A DNA stretch of 58,809 bases, filler included, from Basidiobolus ranarum (taxonomy: Eukaryota): assembly GCA_040143965.1 (NCBI GenBank). It is 5 parts of 5 records of this genome, joined end to end, with 100 filler letters (N's around TTAATTAATTAA, not from the genome) between each part and the next. Parts side by side here need not be neighbours in the genome. Positions count along the whole stretch, not along the records: positions 1 to 11,709 come from JASJQH010000593.1; positions 11,810 to 23,497 come from JASJQH010000594.1; 3 more parts are not named here. One strand, given 5' to 3'. The notes below the pieces were generated by a model. It did no database searches, was not told the DNA's origin, and saw only the letters and a program-made list of their open reading frames with translations. Made by a program: the position numbers and the translations under genes. Below, piece after piece: positions 1 to 13,971 of this stretch; positions within the stretch are counted from its first letter, which is position 1, and the number at the start of each line of letters is the position of its first letter.

Positions 1-173
1 TGCTCGGAATTCTCGGAATCCGCTAATTTCTTAAGCAGCGCGGAGGCTCTTTCCTTGTCGACAGAATGGGCTTGGGCCACACATGCTTCGTTGTCTTCGC
101 ATGGTGTTTCACTCTTATAATGACTGTTGGCTCCAGCTTGGAGTTCAGCAACTTCGTGATTCAAATGTATCAT
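1..173 (-). CDS. 5' part of an unknown protein-coding gene running off the window start
   Basis: Open frame from ATG at 173 (MIHLNHEVAELQAGANSHYKSETPCEDNEACVAQAHSVDKERASALLKKLADSENSE...). TATA-like CTATAAATATAG lies about 95 bp upstream on the minus strand. Confidence 0.55.
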   Translation of the reverse strand, partial: MIHLNHEVAELQAGANSHYKSETPCEDNEACVAQAHSVDKERASALLKKLADSENSE

Positions 174-3048
174 AATGTGAAGTGGATAAAGACAAGGATA
201 GGGGAAAAGCGTCGCTCTCGAATTCAGACGAAATTAGAGATAAGTTGTCACGATTCCGGACTGCTATATTTATAGTTTTCTACTATTAAGACATTAATCA
301 TTTTCTTCGATCATAGGTGGTAAAGTTAAGGAACATCGATAAAAAGAAGGGGTAGAAATTACCATTAAGGGTATCACAGCCAATCAAATGCGGTATTAGC
401 GGAAGGTGGATAAAGTATGACTGATTGATTGTAAGATGCACCTGATACCCAGCATGTGGTAATGAGTATTTCACACCAATCCTAATTTAGCAGTCTCTCG
501 CCATTAGATTTTCCAACCTCGAAATCGACCGTACCCTTCTTTTTGCAGCTACGCGGACATCATGGCTCAATGCTGTGACTATCACCAGACGCTAGTACTG
601 CGATTAGATGCGGTGTGACTGGGTTCTGGGTAGACTATGGAGCGTATTCTAAGTCACAACATTATCTGTCATACCATCTATTATTGCTTCCTATTGGCTT
701 TCTCGATCAAGTCATTGGAAGTGTGCGCAAGATATCAAATTAGTAGAGATTCCTAATCTGGAGGGAAGCGTAAGATTATAATTAGTAATGGGTTCATTCT
801 TTTGGCTGCACATTTGATCTATTCGTTCCATTCTTGGAAGTCAAGGAACCCCAAATACCATTCATCAACCGTGATTGATTAGATCGGTGTAGTAATTAAG
901 TGGGATAAATTGAGACCCTCATTTCCGTTCTTGTAGTTTGTGTAACTGCGTTTCTTGCTCAAGTGCAGTGGTAATAATGATGTGGGATTCTGGTTAGGCT
1001 ATCAGACACTAGTCTTGAAGGAATGTAAGCTGAGCGCATGCAATCCATTCTTGTGCTGGTATGCATACTATATCAAGCAAGGAATATTCTTATCCTTGCT
1101 GCCCCACTTCATTCATTAATCTCTGCATCGTGGTTACTAAAGTGTTTGGGGCATCATCGGTAGATTCAAGTCTAAAAATAAACTACGGTATTTGGACTGG
1201 GTAAAATCATTTAGGGGCAACTCAGATTGGTGCAATTCTTCTAGCTAACCAGAAAATCAATCAAGTCATGGCCGTAAGATACGTATCTTAAGCAATGTGC
1301 GAATGGCAATGCTCAGTTTGCCCTTGCGAATCTCAAAGGACTACGAAGAGAACATCCACGTGACAAGAGGACTTCTATCAATCCAATCACATGACACGAT
1401 GAAACTTCGTGCAATTATTCCGCACTAGATAAGTGCGATTAGAAAATGACTCATTTCTTATGATCATTCATAGAACTCCCCCTATTCAAAGAGATTGAAA
1501 TACGGGTGCTTGCAGTTTCTAGATCACCCACTAGGATTGTCGAGCTTTCCCACATAACGATATGCATTCTGTGTTAAGTCCATGCCAGAACCGAATACGT
1601 CACATATTCCTAGTCTTAGCTCCGATCAGACTGTTGCGCAGTCTTACTGCCTATTTTAGAGGAAACAGCGGGTTCAACGAGTCACAATAAGTGATCGGTT
1701 TCCAGATTTTGATTGCGGATCACGAAGCTAATTCTGGTGCTTCAAGCTACTGCGCCAGTGCTACATGCATCCTGGCAACTTGGGCTTGGAAAAATTTGGT
1801 AGCAATATTAAATTCCTGAAGAGTGAAGAGCCTAGGGTTGTATTGGGGAGAGGGCTCACTGCCAAGAGAATTCTTTTGGCCTCGGTTGTTGTTAGCGATT
1901 CATGACTAGATAGACGGTGCGTCAGATAGAAATCCATCCCTAGATTAGATGTTGCCAAAAGCATCACCCACTCATCCGATGTGACGTTAATCAAATATCG
2001 CTTTCATATCTTATTATTTCTATTTTGGTATCTAAATCACTCGGCCCGAGAAGTGATCCAAGTCCAGCAACATAGCCTTGATTTAGCAAATCGTATGAAG
2101 AATGTTCATTTTAATCAATTGTTCTTGGTTGGCCTAAATTTAGATTAAGACCTGCCAAATATTTACACATTAGTGACAGGTTTAATCGCAATCACCAGGA
2201 TCTGATCTTGTTGTATCTGATGTAGCATTCTGAAATGCATGTTTACTGATGTAACTCATTATGTATGGGATATGCAGCAAAGTGTCGTAAATAGACATTC
2301 ATCATTGCATTCCCTTGCGCATGGACTGTTTCAGTTATTACTCCACGAAGGCAAGTGGTGTTGCGTATATGCTGCGATACGCTAAGAGTTTTGCGCACTT
2401 GTAGATGGCAGTGCTTAATGGTGTTCTCCAGCACTTTCATCATCATCAATGCATACGTCACTTTTTATAGGAGCAATTATTCTAGCTTAGTGGAATTGTT
2501 AATAGTAGTTTTTAGACACGGAGTATGAATTTACTGATTGTGTTAATTATGTAAATCTTCTGGAGCGAGTGATGTTTCCTGTGGAAAGATTAAAGTTCAC
2601 TATTCAGATATCTATATTAGTTGCAGATCGTACTTTGAGGAGGATTTGTAGTAGGGGCAGAGGTGTACCTCTCGCAAATAGCTGGAGATAGAATCATGGG
2701 TTTGTCGATTTGTACTTGTAAGCGTCAAGTATCGCCTTCGAGAGAAGGTACCTTTGGTGTTCGTCCTTATTGTAGGGTTGATTATAGGAATGGTGCGAAT
2801 GATGCTTATTGCCCATCCATCCTTCCCTTCAATATGGTTGCTTAAGAGTGTATTATAGTTTCAATTTTTCCATGAACTGCAACAAGATTGTCTCAGATTA
2901 ATCACATTGCCGTTACGACAACAATGCGGTAAGAAGTGATGCTCATATGAATCTCATAATATCAAAGACTAGAATTCCTGTAATAACACTATGCATGTAA
3001 TCTTCCATTTATTGTACCTAGTATGCTTATGTTCAAGATAAGAATGCT

Positions 3049-4010
3049 TTAACTGAATACAGCTTCAAAGATAGCATGGGCTAAATTACGATGAGCGGCA
3101 GTGGTTAAATGGTACTGATCCCAATATACCTTCTTTTCCGGATTCTTGCATATTTTCGGAAGAATGTCACGTAAAATCAAGGATTGAGTACAAGAAGTTG
3201 ACGAGTCTTCATAATCTGAACTAGACAGCTCGTTCTCTAGGAAAGCGTTCATATCAAATATTTGTGCATTTACTTGACCACTGTTGCGAATCAGATTGCT
3301 TAAATGTTGATTATGCCTCACCCGAGTGACAAGGGCAAGGTTTTGGATTGTAACATTCGACTGCATATAGAATGCTTGGTGATCAAATGCACTGTTCGTA
3401 AATAGGAAGTGCACCCCGGCAAATGGAGGCTCGAACAAAACCTTAGAGGTTTCGTAAATATTTGTGGCTACCGATTCTGGTGTGAGGGTGGGACCTCCAA
3501 AATTATAGTCGTTTCCAGAAGCTGTAATTACGTACAGAAACTTCCTGCCATAGAGTTCATTGGAATTATTTGCAAGGAAGTCTCTATGCATCTCAATTTG
3601 ATCAGCTATACTAGGAACTGCGATGTCACTGTCAAAACCACTGTATCCCTGAAGGACGTTGTTGTTTACTTCACTGAGTGTTAGCTTTTCAGGATGCTGG
3701 AAATATATTTAAGCTCTTATTTTTTTGGATTCTTACCTGTTGCTCCGCCATATGCATAGTTAAGCACCTCAGCATCAGTGAGCTCCTGAATGTACTCGGA
3801 CCACAGGGGGCCGTCCGAAAAACGACCATTATAGTAATGAGGAGGAGGATATGTGCCTTTACTGAGTTTATACGTGTTACCAACGTCACTATATGAGTCC
3901 CCAAACAGCACTACTGTATCAAAACGGCCTGATTCTCTCCTGTCAGCATAGTAGGCCGCACAAAGGGCTGAACTAGCTAAAGAGATACCGATAAGTTTGT
4001 AGAGAGTCAT
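3049..4010 (-). CDS. Secreted GDSL/SGNH lipase-esterase (CE16/thermolabile-hemolysin-like), 2 exons (4010-3737, 3668-3049)
   Basis: Signal peptide MTLYKLIGISLASSALCAA; block I FGDSYSD; GRFSDGPLW; NYAYGGAT; block III SGNDY; block V WDQYH. An intron GTAAGA..CTAAC..AAG at 3736-3669 restores the frame. Confidence 0.9.
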
Positions 4011-7000
4011 GATGTGTAGAAGAAGCAGATTCAAAGGGCTATTTATAAGCGTGTAAGTCTACAAGTATGCTCAAGGTTCCCTTCTTTGACTTCATGATCT
4101 TCATATGGTTTATGGAGAATATTTTTTCTTGCAGAGATATTACTATGTCATGTGGCGGAGTAACGTTGATGTTTCGAAAACTCATTAATCTTGGAAATGA
4201 GTACTCATTTGCCAGGCTCCAGGATGGATATCAAGTATCGAAACAAGACGCTCCTTCAGCAGAATTCAACATTTTAAGCAAACACTCTTGACCCTATGGC
4301 TTAAATTTCCATTAGCTTACTCTAGCTTGTCAATCAGGTGCCACAATAAACCATAACAAAGTCCACCAGGTGAAATCAGCCTCTGACAAAATAATTAATC
4401 ACTAACATCTGCTTGAGGTCTTACAGCGAAGACGTGATACAATAGCGTAACAGGTATACATGTCTCAGTTTACTGTACCAGATAATGCCGTGAACAAAGT
4501 ATTGTGGAAAATGCCCTAGTGTTAATGCAGCTCCATCCGGCACTCTCCAATCTAATGCCCTTAGCTGATCAGCTTTACTTAGTCATATGATATAATTTGA
4601 AGTCAAAGACCAGCTGTCGTTGGTCGATGGAGCATGTATAATCTATTGGGACTCCCTGGAGAAACAACCAAAGTGAAAATCATGTTCAAGATTAGGAGGA
4701 AGCCAAGCACCAAGCGACAGAATCAAAGCTTATTGCACTGATGGGGTAAGAGAAATTTGGAATCGAACTCATTTCCCAACAAATTGCATTTGACGTGTCA
4801 AAGTAATTCATCAGTTGGGTATAAACTTTATCGAAAGTCAAGCGGTTTTGCTATATTGAGCCTCAAACCCCAAACTAAAGGCATTTGTGAAATTCATGTA
4901 GAGCTAACCTATCACAATAAAGTTCTGTACTCAGACGGGAAGCACGGTGAAGATCAAACAAAACGGATAACCGCCATGTGTAAAAAGCAGATCCTCACAA
5001 ATCAACAAACAATGAGAAATCTTGTTTGGCACAGGCATTTTACTCGAGCAAGCTTTACTAAAGTTAAAGCAGTGCTACTAAAATCTTCTACAAACCTTTT
5101 ATGCAGAGAAACCAATTAGCATGTTGCAACGTAACGCGAGCTAATCATAGATGGTATGGTAAGCTTCTAGTACATTATCAAGAGAGCCGACTTGTATAAC
5201 TGAGCCAAGTTGAGTGGCGCTAAGAAGACACTAAGCTACAGCCACCAAGTATCAGTGTACTGTAGGCATTTGTCCAAGGAAGCGGGGGAAATAGTAATCA
5301 AGGTGATGACTTATGAGAGTTATGTACCACGAAATGGATATCAAGAAATAGGCTATTTAAGCTATTAAAATTTGCAAGTAAGAATTCAAAAAATTTACAC
5401 AGCTGCCATGCTGAACTTCCAGAAGAGACTGTTCAAAATGCATAATGACCGCAAGAAGCAGAATCCATATTCCTGATCACTTGCCATTCGCAAATAGTAA
5501 AGCGTTTGAATTCATGGCGCCAGATGCAGTGCTTTGTTCCAAGATAGCACTTCTGAGAAACAGCAACTTAATTCCAATGGAACTCCATCATTAATCACCA
5601 GCCGAAAGTTAAAATACCAGTCAAATACAAATCAGATCATAATATTCATATACCTGAAAAATAAACACAAGACTATCAGAAGTTACAGATTTTTACCGTT
5701 GTGATTGGGTGCTGAGTTATGATATAACATCAATGCAATATAATGGCATATCTATTAGAGGTGTTACATACTGCATTAAGAAATCAAGGCAAATTATTGG
5801 TAAAAGGTGTGTAACATACTTACAAAGCGTAGGGTATTTACTGTGAGAATTCAGTAGCTGTTAAAGACATAGCACTACTGTGAGTGTAATTGTTTAATTC
5901 CTGAAGAGTTACATATTTCTGGTAGGAGATATAGGAGCATCAAAGAGCCTGTGCAAGGTCTATGTTAAAAGCTGGATACTTTGGTCTATTTCATTTTAAT
6001 ATTTTAGTCCTGGATGACTAAAATATGTTCTAGCTCATACGTGCTTCATTTTTTTGCAAATGTTTTTTAAATGACATGAGCTCCGTATTTATAGCAAGAT
6101 TCCAGTGTATATTGAGCACAGCTCAAATGTCAGTCTCAGATGTCAAAAAAGTGACTCTATGTTGCCAACTAAAGCTGTTGTTTATATAATCAGTGAGTAT
6201 GCCTTGAGCTTGATATATTGTCGGGAGAGTATTCACGTTGTGATGTAGTTTTCACTTCAGCAACACAAAAAAACATTATTTAGTTAAAGTTTTCTTTATA
6301 TTCAAACCATATTGCAAATTTGCAGTTGTATCTTGCATGCCATCTTATTCACATAACCAAAATTTAAAGTCCACCAACCATTTTAAGAATCTAGTATATT
6401 TATATATAGTATTCATATTTATCAAAATACTTGCTGAAATTATATCATAGTATTAGCGCATGAAATATTATCACCAATTACAGCCCAAATATTCCAGACT
6501 ATATATATGTAAACCAAAAATAGTATTTTCCATATCTATTACCTTATTACTGGTTATCACTTTATTATTACCAAGTATTCAAGCTTGTATATATTACATG
6601 TAATGGTCTTTGTACTCACCTTTAGAAGTATATACAAAGCTTGACATATTTCTAAATGAAGCATCCACAGACCAATTCCAAAATATTCTGAGTCTTGATT
6701 GTTTGGTTAAAGATCACAACATTTTGCAGCTCCAAAGGAACCAGTGCAAGTGGGATATCCAAGTTACAGGAAGTGCTTGCTACTACAAAGAGGAACAAGG
6801 AATCAGGAAAGAAAGATCAAAGAAGAAGTAAAGAAACTAGCTTCTAAGAGTCACTAGCTTCCAACAATTATCTACAAGTGGAATTCTGTCTTTGGCCACT
6901 GAAAGTCAACACAATGTTGTTATCCGCTTCACCCTTACAAAATGAAACAAGGTTCCAAATATTGGGCATGCTGAGGCTCAAATAAATACTGTTTGTTAGC

Positions 7001-10000
7001 AGCAAACAACAAATAATTCTGAATCTATCATAAGTGGATGTAGATCTGCCAATTTTTCAGAATCTTCCTATAATGGATTTTCCCATATTAATAAGTATTA
7101 CATAGCGCTCAGACATAAAAAAAATGATATTGATCAGCTTTCCGTGTAGTAAAGTTGACTCCTGTAATAATTGCTTCCAATAAGTTCCCATACATCTACT
7201 CATTGATGAAAAAAATACATGACAAGATTGAAAGTACTTGTTTCTGGAGATTTCTTCCATTTCTATTATGATCAAAGTGTTTTGCTCCAAATGGGGTCCA
7301 CTAAGCAGTATATTTGTATTGATCAGGCTGGTTACATGCAATGCAAAAAGATAGAATGAGTCCAGATCAGAGCTTTTGGGACCAACTGATAGTGAAATAA
7401 TTGCGGGAGACCCTCATATCCAAGATCATCAACACTCCTATGAAAGACTCTGTCATATATAGGGAGCAAAATATCCTCTATCAACTAATCGGTCCATATT
7501 GAATATTACAACTTATGTGACTTGATATTAGGCAATACGCAGAGGTAGCTCAATGCTGGCTTCCTTATAAAATAATCAAGTAACCTGACCAATTATATAT
7601 TGAAGTTAATTATCTTTACCATATATATTATCCACATCTCTATATATCTACTTGATAAAGCAAAGCAAAGTCGCCAAGGATCACTCAGCCAAATAAAGCT
7701 TGGCCACATATTGCAATATACCATTCATACATAAATTACTACCCAAAAATTGGCAATATCATACTCATAAGTTCAAAATCTTTTAAATTATCCTTAAGAT
7801 TACTCATTTTATTAACTCCAATCTTCTGAGCACAACACAATTGTTGGTTTTCTGTAGTTCCACACAAAAGTACAAATACCTTAGTTTGAGTCAATTAACA
7901 AGTACTTTTTGGACATGATTTGATTAGTGTAAACACACAAACTTTTATGAAACATGAAACAACAATAAGTAAAATCGTAATGTAAGCAGCTTGCGTCCTA
8001 TCTAAAATAGTATTTGGACATGTAGTGCTAAATATAGAATTTTGGTGCAAAAAGCATACAGGCTCCAAACTGGTTCACTAACTTTAATCAATATAAGTTT
8101 ATCTAATATCACCGAAAGTGGTGCGATCACAGCCATAATATCGAAGACCACGATTTGGGTCTACTTCAGCTATATGACAAATATCAAGATAGTACATACA
8201 GGGAATGCCAAGCATCATCTGAAAAATGCATGCAAAGAAAGTGAATCAGTTATAATACATCGTCCATCTGAAGTAACCGCATGAAGCTTGAGTTCGAATT
8301 AACGTTCAACCGAATAAAGAATCTCACAGTTTTTCTATTATCAAGTCGTGTCTCAGCTCATAGGAAGTCCATTCAATATCAATATCATTCGGAACTACCT
8401 GTAGTCTACTTAGATACTAAAATCCACCTTTCCCAAAATACAAATAGATGGGAGGAATCGGATTTACGCGAACGACATCATGCAGATCTCAAGCAATTAT
8501 GATCTAAATGGAACTGAAGCAATAAACTTGCTGATGGAGATATTATGAATGACCCTTCAATCCAAGAGCAAAGAGAGCCTCCTGAACGGGAGAGCTGCGA
8601 TAAACATCTCGATATTCTTCAAGTCAATTCCATTTTAAATCCAACAAGGTCGTAGTAGTGAAAATCGCTCAATCAGCCTTTTGTTCTGACTACTTCTCAG
8701 CAGTTGTGCCTCTGAGTTATCTGCCATCCATATACGGTGAGTTTTTATTTGGTCCACATTTACGGAGTCATAGCATGATACTAAGTAGCCAAGATCTATA
8801 TTCAAATATATATTCACTGCCATTCTAGTGTATGTTGTGAAGTTGCGAAATGAAAATAAACAATCTACTGCTTTATAATGAAAATATAGGCATCTATGCT
8901 GCGTATTTGTATACAGTTAGGCAACATAATAATTGGTCCGAATGAATGATTTTTACCAAGTGTTATCTACTAAGTATCATTGAATGACTTTACAATATCA
9001 ACGGGTTCAGAGCAACTTTCAAAAGCTCTATTAGGTAGACATCCACTCTACTTTAGCCTAAACATCTCCTTGATGTTGAAATACTAATACATTCAATTGT
9101 CATACGTTGAAAATAAACTATTTTACTGTTTATTCACCATTTGTGGCAAAATACGTGGTTTGTATGCATCAAATGCTATTTGTTACAGAATACCTGAAAG
9201 TACTAATATTAGTTTCGCTTTCATACTTAACTTGAATAATATTACTAACGCATCACTCCATCCACAGAAATTTTCCAAAATGCCGATGAGGCCTCTGCTA
9301 TGGCGTCAATTCGGCATATCCATATTCACAACCATTATACATGGGGTTTTTCGAGATTTACTACCCTACTTAACTACCTCCCATAACAAAGTAGCCTTGC
9401 CTTAACTATCCTTACTTCTTACTTTCCCGAGAGCTTTTTAACCTTTGCTTAAAAAGTTGCTTATCTTCTAACCCTTAAACTTTTCTTCCCTGAAAACTAC
9501 CCCTTTTGTTTCTCACTTATGTTTTAATATATGTTTTAAAGCCTGGTTTGAATTTTTGGTAATCTTGAATACCTGGTATCCCACCCATATTATTCCCTTT
9601 TATATTTCTCACACATATTCTCACAACAGCAACCGGCGAAAAAGTTGGTGCTGATAGAGTTATAAGTAGTACAAACAGGCGGACCAGTAGTAAAAGTACC
9701 CCCATTAAGGGTGCTACAATATATTTGGTCATTTGATCATCATCAGCTCTATAGCAGCTTTCGCAGTTTAGCTTTATAGCACTAACTAAAGTCGCTGACA
9801 GCATCACTGATAGGATAAAATAACTTTCATAGTAAAATGCCACTAATTGAGAAATTTAACCCACTGTAGATACCTCATATGTTCGGCTGTTTCATCTTTT
9901 AAAAAACTAGGTTTGCCTAACTGTTTTGCTTTCAATATAGCCACTTACTGTGTGTTGGCCGCTGGTAAATGATATATTATTGTACTTGGTGTATCTTCGT

Positions 10001-11632
10001 TGTTTTTACTACGGTAACTCAGTATTTCCAGCTGCAACCAATAGCTTTAATAGCACCATGATAGCTAATGAAGAGATTCATAATACTAACAATGTTTTCT
10101 TCAGTTACTGGAAAGTTATCTACTACTGAGAAAGTGGATGCAGCCTACTGGAAACGCGATATAGTTTTCCCAGCTTTATCTTTTAATGTAATACAATCGA
10201 TGCTAGAACATACTAGCGAGTATGGAAGTCGTAGTTAAAATTGACTCGCATTCAATATTTTGTAGCTCCATTAATAAGATCCTGTTAAACCTCAGCCAGA
10301 AAAATCCCACTATCAAGTATCTCCTTCAAGTCGTAGCGAACATGCATTAAGAACGATTTTCGATGCGGCTGGAAAGTTCTTAACTTATGAGTTTTTTTAT
10401 AGATTTAGCAATGTCCAATTCTTTGGAAGTGTTAGATGCCTCCTCTGCTAATATTTCAAGCAAGACGGGCCACTACCTTACTGATCTACTAATCTATACT
10501 TGGAATCATTCGAAATTTTACAAGTCAGAGTATCAGATTTAAGGCGATGAGATTTTAACTCTAATAAAGGTTCGGTTCAATGAGTCCAGCCATCTTATTG
10601 TATAGATAATATATACAATATTCTGCTTGTAGTAATTGCATAGTTATATTGGAATGGATCTACAAATCCAGAAGCCCTGTCTTGCAGGGGAATCATCAGC
10701 AACCCTAGTACTCCCATAACCTTAACAACTCCATACCCGATTAATGAATCATTAACAGGTTGGCAGAATGCCAGGAGGTTGGATATTGTTTCAGTGCAAG
10801 AGGAGATAACAATTCAACAAGTATCTACTGAAGCCATGTTTCAATTTGACCGAGATTAAGCATCCTATGCACTAAACTTGCCTCTTTCAATATTTCCAAT
10901 GTTTGACCATAGCTTGTCATACCTCAACTATGTATCACTGGGACTAGTTATTGCCAACCTTGTCCGTTAAAATCGCCCGACTTGTCAATCTCAATGGTAC
11001 ACTCCGCCTAGTACTACGAAAGATATATTTCTATCATCTATCAATGCAAGTGAAACTGTGAGCTGAAGCTTCAGCGATGATGTCATTAATTCGTAGCCTA
11101 TATATATGTATCTATATCCCAGGTACAGGAAAATTCATGAGGCAAAAGGAAAATCACAGAATCGGTTTATCCATAGTAGATAAATCAAGCCAATGATTTG
11201 ATAACAATTAACAGAATAATCAATTCTAAAATATAAAAAACTATTTCTCAATGCTGCTCCCTTTCAATCTACCTTCCACCAAGGAAATGGATCATCCTGT
11301 ACCACGACGATCTTTTCCTTTTTACTTCCAACGAAAAGAAGCTTAAAGCTCCAAGTAAGACGAGCATAAAGTGACCGTTATAATGCTGGTGTGGGTAAAT
11401 TTACAAACCAATGGTAAAGATGAATTTGAGTACAGAGACGCCATACAAATTGTGAAATACTGGACTTGTTGATTTTATGGCTATGCACGTGTACAAGTCT
11501 CCTTATTCTCATTCCCACGAGCTATATTACCTATTCACAAGACCTCGGGTACATGCTATCTGAAAGCGCTTCTGAATCATATATAAGCAGCTGCATCACT
11601 AGTATTTACCTCATTCGCATTTATCTACAAGT

Positions 11633-11709
11633 ATGGTCAGTTTCCGCATATTCGCTCTTGGTACCCTGGCTGCAGCTGTATTATCAACTTCGCTTGCTGA
11701 GGCGCAAAA
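11633..11709 (+). CDS. N-terminus of a secreted protein, truncated by the contig end
   Basis: MVSFRIFALGTLAAAVLSTSLAEAQ resembles a signal peptide; TATATAA at about 11580. Confidence 0.6.
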
Positions 11710-11809
11710 NNNNNNNNNNNNNNNNNNNNNNNNNNNNNNNNNNNNNNNNNNNNTTAATTAATTAANNNNNNNNNNNNNNNNNNNNNNNNNNNNNNNNNNN
11801 NNNNNNNNN
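11710..11809. other. Artificial contig linker (N44-TTAATTAATTAA-N44)
   Basis: 100-nt spacer with stop codons in all six frames. Confidence 0.98.
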
Positions 11810-11918
11810 TTGACAAAACTATAAATGTCAACTTTCTACTCAATAAATCAACAAGTGAAAACCACTAATTCCTCTAATTCTCCAAACCACTTCCAACAGG
11901 CTCCCAAATACTTTAACA
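11810..11918 (+). repeat. 3' fragment of copia-family LTR, cut by the contig start
   Basis: Near-identical to 25495-25603; ends CTTTAACA. Confidence 0.9.
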
Positions 11919-12269
11919 GGAGCACTATTATCAGGAACAGCTCTTTTGTGGTTTGCTCCTTTGATGGAAAGTCAATCTCCACTTCTAGAACATACAACTT
12001 GACATTCAGTCTGGTGTTGACTCTGAAGATATCTGGGAAGAACTTAATACAGAGTGGCAGAATATGGCAGGGTATCCACCAGATAGCTGGAAGAATGTTG
12101 ATTCAGCATCATTAATACAATGGTGGGCTTTGATGGAGATACTGATACAAACTTGTGTTGGATATGAGCTAAACCTTGGGTATGAAGAACTCTATAAAAA
12201 TATTCAGGAGAATACATCAAAGAAACTAGGGATTTTGAAGGTGACAAATTAATGTTCAAGTGGTAAATG

Positions 12270-13405
12270 TATAAAATTTAAGTTATGTTTTTGCACATTT
12301 GCTGATCCATCATTTTCTGAGATTGTGGCCAATGATGTCCAACTATTTTGTAAGATCTTGAAGTTTCACTCTTGAAACCAAAAAATTGATTAAAATCAAA
12401 TCTAACTTGATAATTCAATGACAGTAAATTTATGGTCAATCCAAAATGGATTAAAATTGCAATGGTTTTCTTAGAATAACAATCCTCAAATTCCTGTTAG
12501 GGATGATGGTGAACTGACACACTATCTTGGAATCCAAAATAAGATAGATAAAGCTACCAAGACAATAACTTTAAACCAGTCTATGTATATCCTAGATATG
12601 CCAAAGAAGTTTAAAATGAAAGAATATAGTCCAAAGTCTACCCCAATGGAGACAAATCTAAACTTGACCAAAAATGGCTAAAATCAGATGGTCTTGGATT
12701 CAAATGGAAGCCAGAAATTTCCTTAGCAGCCTATGATTGGTAGTTGGATTTATATCATGGTTGGAACATGGCCAGTTATTGCATATTCTGTGGGAGTTAT
12801 GAGCCAATATCTTCAAAATTATGGATCTGATCAAGTCATAGCAGTTAAGCAGATTATCAGATATTTGAAAGATACTATGGATCTCTGCTTATAGTACACA
12901 TATTCTGGATCTAACTTTGATCTGATGAATATACAGATGCAAATTGGGGAAGAGATATTGAAGAGAGGAGATCTCAATACAATACTTATTTCTTAGCTGT
13001 AATGCAGCTATTTCTTGGAATTCAAAGATACAACCTACCATATCACTTTCAACAACAGAAGCAGAATCCCTGGCAGTCTGTGAAGCAATAAAAGAAGCAA
13101 TACAGTTAAGAAAACTCTCAACAGATTTAGGTTGTTCTCAAAATTCACCAACTACATTATTTCAGGATGATCAAAGTTGTATCAAATTAGCTAAGAAACC
13201 CATATTTCATAATAGAAAAAAACAAATAGATGTTAGACATCACTTCATTAGAGAGACTATAGTAAATAAGCTTATTGACTTAACCTAGTATTCTGCTGAA
13301 GACATAATTGCTGATATATAACCTCAGATAATTAGCTAGACAGAAATTTGAGATATTTAGACCTTTCTTAAGATTAGTTTATATGACTATTTAGTTGAAG
13401 GAGAG
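12270..13405 (+). mobile_element. Degenerate Ty1/copia reverse transcriptase-RNase H remnant with PPT
   Basis: Frameshifted motifs TITLNQSMYILD, STPME, MIGSWIYIMVGTWPVIAYSVGVMSQY, TDANWG, AISWNSKIQPTISLSTTEAE, QDDQSCIKLA, IDVRHHFIRE. Purine tract GAAGGAGAG sits directly before the LTR. Confidence 0.92.
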
Positions 13406-13746
13406 TGTTGAAATTAGCTTTGCTTAAACACCTATATAGTCATATATAACTTAGTATTAGCAATCCTACATTTCATCAAAATAATATCCATTATTATCAA
13501 TTGGAATTTACTTAGAATATTTTTACTAACTTAGAAGTTCTCAGATACATAGATTTTTCAAACTGGTGCTAGAAAACCCAAGCATTGCACACATGTTTTT
13601 GGGACCTTCCTTAACAAATTCTACACATTAGTTTACTTACATCATGATAAAAGTATAAATGTCAACTTTCTACTCAATAAATCAACAAGTGAAATTCACC
13701 AATTTCTGTGATTCTCCACATCACTTCTAACATGCTCCCAAAAACA
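13406..13746 (+). repeat. 3' LTR of copia remnant (~345 bp)
   Basis: Starts TGTTGAAATTAGC after the PPT; aligns with the other LTR copies. Confidence 0.9.
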
Positions 13747-13754
13747 TGAGCACA

Positions 13755-13971
13755 GAATGTGTCAAGGAAGGTCCCAGGAATATGTGTGCAAAGTTTGGGG
13801 CTTCCAGCACAAGTTTGAAAAATTCATATATTGGAAAACTTACATGTTGATAAACAAATTGTAAGAAAGTTCCTATTGATAATCAAAGGTAATATCTTAG
13901 TGACATGTAAGATAACTAAACACTAAGCTAAATATGACTAAATAGGTGTTTAGACAATGCTGATTTCAACA
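13755..13971 (-). repeat. Partial LTR of the same family, inverted
   Basis: Reverse complement of the LTR 5' two-thirds; ends GATTTCAACA. Confidence 0.85.

Noticed and set aside
4300-11500. Short ORFs in the gene-poor part of contig 1 (e.g. 9517-9843, 7057-7341)
   Set aside because: No recognisable motifs or splice-consistent model. They may be decayed elements, but a TBLASTX search is needed.
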